A DNA stretch of 54,160 nt, taken from positions 1 through 54,160 of the forward strand of contig CADEEO010000003.1 in assembly GCA_902826365.1 (NCBI GenBank), given 5' to 3'. The stretch's first letter is position 1. Every line of letters starts with the position of its first letter. The notes under the pieces were generated by a model. That model saw only the letters and a program-made list of their open reading frames with translations, searched no databases and was not told where the DNA came from. This DNA comes from an uncultured Hyphomicrobiales bacterium. GTDB lineage: Bacteria > Pseudomonadota > Alphaproteobacteria > Rhizobiales > Aestuariivirgaceae. Shown one piece after another: positions 47,986-54,160 of the stretch. The translations under genes and the position numbers were made by a program.

Positions 47986-49068
47986 TCATTTTACCTTCAG
48001 GAGACGGTCTGGATGATAGGGCGCAATTAGCGGATCGCGCTTGCCTTCCAAAAGTTCGGCAGTTGCGAACAGCCCCACGGCGGGAGCCAGCGTGATGCCC
48101 GAATGCATCACCGCGATATAGAGCCCCTCACGGCTTTGCGAGCGGACAATCATCGGAAACCCATCCCCCGGCGTCGGCTTGAATCCCACCGTATGGAAAT
48201 CCAGCTCCACCTGGTCCGCGCCCACGACCATATCCTGCACTTTCTTATAGAGCGCCGCCGCCGCTCCACGAGGATTATCGGCGGGATCACCGCCGGCAAA
48301 ATCGGCTCCGGCCACAAGCCGCCCCTCGGAAGTTTGCCGTACATGCAGTTCAGGTGTTTGCAAAAGTGTATGCAGAATTTCGCCCGCCGGTTTCGAATGA
48401 ACCAGAAGCCCTGCCGGTGCGCCGATATCGTAGGAAAGCCCGATGCTGCCCAGCAGTGTCGCTGCCCCGGCGCCGGCGGCAATCACCACCTCATCCGCAT
48501 GCAGCACGCCGTCATTGATGCAAGCGCCGGTGATGCGGCCATTCTTTTCTTCAAGCCATTTTGCCGGGCTGTTTCGCAAAATGGTGACACCCATGGCCTC
48601 AGCCCCCGTGAGAAAGGCTTTGGCCGCGGCCAGCGGCTCCACCTTCCCCTCCTCGGCCACATGCAAGGCAAAATCCGGCGGCTGCTTGATATTGGGTTCA
48701 ATGCCCAAGGCCCCCGCCCGGTCAACCCGGCGAATGCCATAGCCCCACGCGATATGCTCAACCGCATAGGCTTCAAGCTGCTCCGGCGGCAAGTCCCAGG
48801 TCAGCCCGCCGCACCAGCTGACCTCCAGCCCCGGCACCTCCCGGTCAATGCGCCGCCACTCCGCCATGGAACGGATGCGCAAGCGGAAATAGGTTTCCGG
48901 ATTGCCCCAGCTAGCGTTGATCCAGGCCCAGGAGTTGCGCGTGGCGACACCGCCGGGTTCGCCCGCCTCGATGACGGTGACTTCGGCCCCGGCCTTGGCC
49001 AAATGCCAGGCGATTGATCCCCCGATGATGCCCGCTCCGACGACAATGACCCGTTTTGCCAAGATCAT
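47986..49068 (-). CDS. FAD-dependent oxidoreductase, D-amino-acid oxidase family
   Basis: VVGAGIIG, ATRNSWAWINA, KPTPGDGFP, MHSGITLAP. Confidence 0.88.
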   Translation of the reverse strand: MILAKRVIVVGAGIIGGSIAWHLAKAGAEVTVIEAGEPGGVATRNSWAWINASWGNPETYFRLRIRSMAEWRRIDREVPGLEVSWCGGLTWDLPPEQLEAYAVEHIAWGYGIRRVDRAGALGIEPNIKQPPDFALHVAEEGKVEPLAAAKAFLTGAEAMGVTILRNSPAKWLEEKNGRITGACINDGVLHADEVVIAAGAGAATLLGSIGLSYDIGAPAGLLVHSKPAGEILHTLLQTPELHVRQTSEGRLVAGADFAGGDPADNPRGAAAALYKKVQDMVVGADQVELDFHTVGFKPTPGDGFPMIVRSQSREGLYIAVMHSGITLAPAVGLFATAELLEGKRDPLIAPYHPDRLLKVK

Positions 49069-50279
49069 TCCTTTCGCGCCGGAACGTCCGCCGCAATGCG
49101 CTTGATCACGGCGGCCTGCCGCTCCAGTTCATGGTCCGGCATCGCCGCGTAGCACGGCACCACGATCAGATCGCGCATCGCCGCGGCGGCTGTCTTGGGA
49201 TCAAGTCCCGGCCGGTCCTCGGGCGCTGCAATATGCTGCGAGCGCGGCAGGTCGGCGGCGTCAAACCCTTCCCGCCGAAGCGCTTCGATGAATTTCCGTG
49301 GTTCGCTCACCAGCAGCGGGAAAACCCAGTAGTCATGATGCGCGTTGGCTTGCGCCGGCTGCACGACTGAGGTTCCGATCAGCCCGCTCAGCCGTTCGCC
49401 CTTGCGCTGGCGCGCTGAAACTTGCTCCATGTCGAACCGCGCCAGCCTCCGGTTCATCAGATGCAGCATCGTCGTTGAAGGCTGGAACCGCATGTTCTTG
49501 GCGGTCTTGAGCGGCGCCACGTCACGCACCCGGTCCGCCAGCTTGTCCTCATAGTCCTCGCCCCTCGCATTGTAGAAGCGGTAGATGGCGGCCAGCACTG
49601 GCCGCGCCGTGACAAGCTTGAGCCCCATGAACTGCAGGATGCGTTTGCGGTGCTTTGCTTCCGGCTGCACCGGATAGCGCGACTGAATATCCCGCATGCG
49701 GTCACGAAGCTTCTGGTCCCTGACGCGGATCAGGGCGCCTCCAAGTGCGGTGGCGGTCTTTATCGGACCGAAGGAAAACATGTTGAGGTCCGCAGCAGCC
49801 GAGCCCGGGTAGTTATGGCCATTGAAAGCCTGGGCGCAGTCTTCCACAGTGACAAGCCCCTTGGCTTTCGCCAATTCGAACATTGGATCAAGGTCGAGCC
49901 TCGAGCCAAAGAGATGTGCCGCCACGAACACCCGCGAACGCGGCGTGATCACGGCCTTCAAACGTTCAATGCTTGGCCCCATGTGGGCGAGATCAAGGTC
50001 AACCGGAACCGGGGTCAGTCCGGCTTCCCTCACGATTTTCACCATGCCTCTGACGTTAAGCGCGGAGAATATGACTTCATCTCCCGGCTTCAGGTCGAGG
50101 GCCTGCAGCAGAAGGTCAAATCCCGAGCGCACCGAATAGGCTGCGATGGTGTCGCCGGAACCGGAGAAATAGGCTTCCGCCTGCCGGATCTCGCGCGGCC
50201 GTTCGGCTGCGGTAAAGCTGGCCGCCAGCCCCGATAGCAGGTCGCCCCAATCAATTTTCAACTGCGTCCGGACCCACAT
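49065..50279 (-). CDS. DegT/DnrJ/EryC1/StrS-family PLP-dependent aminotransferase
   Basis: SVRSGFDL, AHLFG, VEDCAQA, FSFGPIKT (PLP lysine). ATG 50279 is preferred because the longer ORF overlaps the divergent gene. Confidence 0.82.
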   Translation of the reverse strand: MWVRTQLKIDWGDLLSGLAASFTAAERPREIRQAEAYFSGSGDTIAAYSVRSGFDLLLQALDLKPGDEVIFSALNVRGMVKIVREAGLTPVPVDLDLAHMGPSIERLKAVITPRSRVFVAAHLFGSRLDLDPMFELAKAKGLVTVEDCAQAFNGHNYPGSAAADLNMFSFGPIKTATALGGALIRVRDQKLRDRMRDIQSRYPVQPEAKHRKRILQFMGLKLVTARPVLAAIYRFYNARGEDYEDKLADRVRDVAPLKTAKNMRFQPSTTMLHLMNRRLARFDMEQVSARQRKGERLSGLIGTSVVQPAQANAHHDYWVFPLLVSEPRKFIEALRREGFDAADLPRSQHIAAPEDRPGLDPKTAAAAMRDLIVVPCYAAMPDHELERQAAVIKRIAADVPARKE

Positions 50280-50397
50280 GGGAGAAATCCTTATTTCCGA
50301 CTGAGTTAGCTGCAAAAACCGTTCTTGACCAGTCATGGCAGGCATGGTTTTTCCAGCCCCATTGAGATCAGCAGGGCCTTCATATATAGGCATATTC

Positions 50398-51219
50398 ATG
50401 ACAGACACAGCCGACACCACCTCCAGCTCCTGGCAGAAACGCTTCAAGAAGGCGCGGCGCAAGCGCGTCAAGAGATTCGGCAAGAACCTGATTCGGGGAT
50501 TGGCGAATTTCCTCGGCCGCCAGTCGTTGGTGGGCGATGCGCCAGTGCTGGACTCAAAACAATTCGCATTCCTGAAAACCTTCACTGATGACTGGCAGGC
50601 AATCAGGTCCGAGGTGACGGAAATTCTGAAGCACCGGGAAGCGATCCCGGTCTTCCAGGATGTTTCGCCTGATCAGATGAAGATTTCCAAGGGCAACAAC
50701 TGGCGCACTTTCATCCTGTTCGGTTTCGGCGAGAAGCTCGAGAAAAACTGCAAGCAGGCCCCGGTTACCACCCGCCTTCTTGAGGCCGTGCCCAACCTGC
50801 AAACCGCATGGTTCTCAATTCTGGGCCCAGGTTATCACATCCCGGCCCATCGCGGCGTGAGCAAGGGAATTCTGCGCGCCCATCTTGGGCTGATCATCCC
50901 CAGGGAAGCGGAAAAATGCCGCATGCGGGTTGGCGACACCGTCAATGTATGGCGTCCCGGCGAAATTTTCGTGTTCGACGATACTTACGAGCACGAAGTC
51001 TGGAACGATACGAAAGAAGAGCGCGTCATCCTGCTCTTTGATTTCGACCGGCCCATGAAGTTCTGGGGCCGCCTGGTCAACAGCAGTTTCGTGCGCTTGC
51101 TCAAGCTCACCGCCTATTACCAGGAGCCGAAAAAGAACATGGCAACCTTTGAAGAGCGCTTCGAGGCCGCCACCCGCCGCGCCAATGAGAACCTCGAAAA
51201 GCTCTCCGACGACGACTAG
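50398..51219 (+). CDS. Aspartyl/asparaginyl beta-hydroxylase-family (LpxO-like) Fe(II)/2-oxoglutarate dioxygenase
   Basis: FSILGPGYHIPAHRG, RAHLGLIIP, FDDTYEHEVWN, RVILLFDF. Confidence 0.87.
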   Translation: MTDTADTTSSSWQKRFKKARRKRVKRFGKNLIRGLANFLGRQSLVGDAPVLDSKQFAFLKTFTDDWQAIRSEVTEILKHREAIPVFQDVSPDQMKISKGNNWRTFILFGFGEKLEKNCKQAPVTTRLLEAVPNLQTAWFSILGPGYHIPAHRGVSKGILRAHLGLIIPREAEKCRMRVGDTVNVWRPGEIFVFDDTYEHEVWNDTKEERVILLFDFDRPMKFWGRLVNSSFVRLLKLTAYYQEPKKNMATFEERFEAATRRANENLEKLSDDD

Positions 51220-52151
51220 ATTTTGACGTTCTCCGCTCCCTTGAGGTCCAGCATCTTGCGGGCTTCCGTGGGCGTTGCCGTCTCTACGGATAGCTCATCA
51301 AGGATGCGGCGCATCTTGCCCACCAGCTCCGCGTTGGATTTGGCCAGCTTTCCTTTGCCGATGTAAAGGTTGTCTTCAAGCCCCACCCGGACATTGGCCC
51401 CCATGGTGGCCGCCATCGTGCACAGCGGAAACTGGAACCGCCCCGCTGCCAGCACCGACCAGTGGTACTGGTCGCCGAACAGCCGCTCAGCCGTTTCACG
51501 CATGAACATGACATTCTGCGGGTCCGGGCCAATGCCGCCAAGGATGCCGAAAATCGTTTGCACGAACAGCGGCGGCTTCACCAGCTTGCGGTCAAGGAAA
51601 TGCGCCAGCGTATAGAGATGGCCCACATCATAGCATTCAAATTCAAAGCGCGTGCCGTGGCCTTCGCCAAGGCGGTGAAGGATCTTCTCTATGTCGCCGA
51701 AAGTATTGCGGAAAATGAAATCCTTCGAGCCTTCGAGATGCTTGCGCTCCCACTCGTGCTTCAATTCCCCATAGCGCGCCAGCATGGGATAAAGCCCGAA
51801 ATTCATCGAACCCATATTGAGCGAGGTCATTTCCGGCGAGAACCGCTCCGCCGCGGCAAGGCGCTCATCGATGGTCATGCCCTGCCCGCCGCCCGTGGTG
51901 ATATTGATCACCGCATCGGTCGCCTGTTTGATGCGCGGCAGGAATTCATTGTAAACATCGGGCGAGGCGGCTGGCCGGCCATCCCCGGGATCGCGGGCAT
52001 GAAGATGCAGGATTGATGCCCCCGCCGCCGCCGCTTCCACCGCCTGGGTGGCAATGTCATTGGCCGTTACCGGCAAATGCGGTGACATCGAAGGCGTATG
52101 GATGGACCCCGTGATGGCACAGGTGATGATGACTTTCGATTTCGCGCGCAT
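51216..52151 (-). CDS. Beta-keto acid cleavage enzyme (BKACE/DUF849)
   Basis: IITCAITG, HLHARDP (Zn ligands), SLNMGSMNF, EFECYD, RVGLEDN. Confidence 0.9.
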   Translation of the reverse strand: MRAKSKVIITCAITGSIHTPSMSPHLPVTANDIATQAVEAAAAGASILHLHARDPGDGRPAASPDVYNEFLPRIKQATDAVINITTGGGQGMTIDERLAAAERFSPEMTSLNMGSMNFGLYPMLARYGELKHEWERKHLEGSKDFIFRNTFGDIEKILHRLGEGHGTRFEFECYDVGHLYTLAHFLDRKLVKPPLFVQTIFGILGGIGPDPQNVMFMRETAERLFGDQYHWSVLAAGRFQFPLCTMAATMGANVRVGLEDNLYIGKGKLAKSNAELVGKMRRILDELSVETATPTEARKMLDLKGAENVKI

Positions 52152-52236
52152 GACTCCTCCGCTTTCCGGCCGTCACACTAGCCAAGCGGCTAGCGGCCTG
52201 CCATCACATTCTCGCACATGGCTGAAATGCGGAAAG

Positions 52237-52851
52237 TCAGGCTGAAATGGCCTTTACCAAGGTCCGGTTCTGGCGGCGGATATTGGCGCGAAGCTTCCGC
52301 ATCGGCATATCCTCGCGCTTGATGAATTCGATGAACATCATGTTCATGTTGTTGAAGATCATCTCGCCCACCCCGCGCCCGTCGATGTCGCCCCGCACCA
52401 GTCCAAGCTCCTGCAGCTTGGCGATCAGCGTGCAGGTCTGGTCCGCCAGATCCCGGTCCAGCGCCGTATAGGTCTTGCCGAAGGGGCTGTCCGGCTGCTG
52501 GGTGGAGGTGGCCATGGCCTGCCGCCACATTTCCTTGCTGAGGTAAACCAGCGAATGCTCGATATAGCTGGCCAGCAGCGCATCAATGGCCTTTTCCACA
52601 TTCCGCGGCGGCTTCTGGATGATCTTCTGGCCCGCCGCCAGAACCTCGTGGACTTCCAGCGAAACAATGGCCACCAGGATGTCGCCCTTGTTGCGGTAGT
52701 AATTGTAGATGGTGCCGACCGACACCTCCGCCCGGGCGGCAATCTCCTCGATCCGCGCCCCTTCGTAGCCCTCCTTGCGGAACAGGTCGGAAGCCGCCTC
52801 CACGATCCGTGAATTCCGGTCGATCCTGTTTTTTGCCCTGAGGCCCGCCAT
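52237..52851 (-). CDS. TetR/AcrR-family transcriptional regulator
   Basis: HTH IEEIAARAEVSVGTIYNYYRNKGDIL. Confidence 0.92.
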   Translation of the reverse strand: MAGLRAKNRIDRNSRIVEAASDLFRKEGYEGARIEEIAARAEVSVGTIYNYYRNKGDILVAIVSLEVHEVLAAGQKIIQKPPRNVEKAIDALLASYIEHSLVYLSKEMWRQAMATSTQQPDSPFGKTYTALDRDLADQTCTLIAKLQELGLVRGDIDGRGVGEMIFNNMNMMFIEFIKREDMPMRKLRANIRRQNRTLVKAISA

Positions 52852-52871
52852 GGCGTGAACCGCCTTTCCAC

Positions 52872-52891
52872 AATTTGAATTGACTCAAATT
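52872..52891. promoter_or_regulatory. Palindromic operator candidate for the TetR regulator
   Basis: AATTTGA-N6-TCAAATT in the divergent promoter region, overlapping TTGACT. Confidence 0.5.
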
Positions 52892-52942
52892 TAGAATTGG
52901 TTCATTTTTTTGGCAAGCAACAAAAATCCGGAGGAATACCCC

Positions 52943-54010
52943 ATGTTCAATTCATTTATCTCGTCCCTGAAGCGCGGCGTCTGCGCCGCAGCAATCGCCG
53001 GCATCGCCGCCGTTTCGCCAGCCAGCGCTGCCGATCTCAACGCCCTGATCTGGTGCGACCATGCGGACCCTGCCCTGCTCAAGCCCTTCGAGGATGCCAA
53101 CGGAATCAAGGTCAACGTCAAGGAGTTTGAAGGCACCGGCGCCGGCTTTGCCATTGTCGACCAGTCCCAGCCCGGCGACTGGGATGTCATGGTGATCGAT
53201 TCCATCGACATTCCGCGTGGCGTTGAAAAAGGCCTGTTCGAGCCCCTGCCCGAAGACAAGCTGCCGCTTGGTGATCTCTACGCCGAAGTCACCATGGATG
53301 GCTCCACCAAGGTGGATGGCAAGCGCTACGGCATCACCGAGAAATTTGGCTACAACACCATTGGCTTCAACAACACCAAGGTTGATCCCGCCGACATGCA
53401 ATCCATGAGCGCCCTGCTCGATGCAAAATACAAGGGCCGCATTGCCATCTATGACTATTACCTGCCGGTCATCGGCATGGCCGCCTTGGCCATCGGCAAG
53501 AAAACCCCTGAGCTGACCGAGGCCGACCTTCCGGCCATCAAGGAAGTGCTGCTCAAGATGAAGGCAAACTCAAAGCTCGTGGGCGAAGTCACCGCGAGTC
53601 AAACCGCCCTTGCAACCGGCGAAGTGGATATTCTGGTGGGCGGCGGCGAATGGGTAACGGCGGGCCTCGCCAAGGAAAATCCGGCTCTGGATTTTTCCGT
53701 GCCCAAGGAAGGCGCAATCCTCTGGTCGCAGTCGCTGGCCATGTTTTCAGCCAGCAAGAACAAGGACATGGCCCTCAAGTTCATCCAATATGTGATGAGT
53801 CCGGAAGGCCAGGCGCGGCTTGCCACATCCTCCTGCTATTGGGGCATGCCTGCCAGCAAGGCGGCAGCCCTTGATGACGCGCAAAAGAAAATCCTGCGCG
53901 TTGACGAACAGCCGGAATTCCTCAAGCGTTCGCAGCCCTACCCCGCGCCAAGTGCTGATCTCGACAAGAAAATGCAAGACCTCTGGACGGAGATGCTGCA
54001 ATCACAATAA
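52943..54010 (+). CDS. PotD/PotF-like ABC substrate-binding protein
   Basis: Signal peptide (…PASAA), FEDANGIKV, WDVMVID, VPKEGAILW, FIQYVMSPEGQA; GGAGG RBS. Confidence 0.85.
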   Translation: MFNSFISSLKRGVCAAAIAGIAAVSPASAADLNALIWCDHADPALLKPFEDANGIKVNVKEFEGTGAGFAIVDQSQPGDWDVMVIDSIDIPRGVEKGLFEPLPEDKLPLGDLYAEVTMDGSTKVDGKRYGITEKFGYNTIGFNNTKVDPADMQSMSALLDAKYKGRIAIYDYYLPVIGMAALAIGKKTPELTEADLPAIKEVLLKMKANSKLVGEVTASQTALATGEVDILVGGGEWVTAGLAKENPALDFSVPKEGAILWSQSLAMFSASKNKDMALKFIQYVMSPEGQARLATSSCYWGMPASKAAALDDAQKKILRVDEQPEFLKRSQPYPAPSADLDKKMQDLWTEMLQSQ

Positions 54011-54019
54011 AGAGTGGTT

Positions 54020-54160
54020 GTGAACGAAATCTCGAAGACTGAGCGTGCTTTGCCATGGATGCTGGTGACCCCGGCGCTCCTCTGGACGCTTCTATTTTTC
54101 GTGGCGCCCTTCGTCGCCATGGCGCTTTTGAGTTTGAACTTTCAGGCCGAAGGCGGCATG
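54020..54160 (+). CDS. ABC transporter permease (PotB-like), N-terminal part; runs off the window edge
   Basis: GTG start, MNEISKTERALPWMLVTPALLWTLLFFVAPFVAMALLSL…, directly after the binding-protein gene. Confidence 0.75.
   Translation, partial: MNEISKTERALPWMLVTPALLWTLLFFVAPFVAMALLSLNFQAEGGM

Noticed and set aside
50280-50585. N-terminal extensions of the DegT (to 50585) and hydroxylase (from 50335) ORFs, suggesting overlapping divergent genes
   Set aside because: Family-like sequence starts at 50279 and about 50398; the extensions are open-frame carry-over.

Overview
A GC-rich alphaproteobacterial chromosome segment. Gene content and order look like Hyphomicrobiales/Rhizobiales, but no taxonomy check was possible. 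It holds about 50 genes and no rRNA, tRNA, CRISPR, transposase or phage genes. From left to right: (1) an AfuABC/FbpABC-type ABC importer preceded by a near-perfect Pho box, whose binding-protein gene carries an in-frame TAA, with a divergent inositol-monophosphatase-family gene; (2) housekeeping blocks: ubiK-ybjN-proC-[GT2]-csaA, petP/petR/sensor kinase with ilvE, uvrC-pgsA-moaD, folB, cca, and a MoxR-DUF58-DUF4159 cluster; (3) a GNAT gene preceded by an apparently leaderless 25-codon uORF containing CGA-CGA-CGA; (4) a ~15.7 kb sphingolipid locus resembling the Caulobacter ceramide/ceramide-phosphoglycerate locus (acyl-AMP ligase, CerR, ACP, Spt, bCerS, ceramide kinase, CpgA/C/D-like, LptFG paralogues), plus an MsbA-like ABC exporter translationally coupled to bCerS; (5) a divergent DegT-aminotransferase / LpxO-like hydroxylase pair and a TetR-BKACE-polyamine-ABC module. 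Two copies of a palindromic REP/MITE-like element supply the stop codons of three genes. All product calls come from motifs read by eye and recalled family knowledge, not from database searches.
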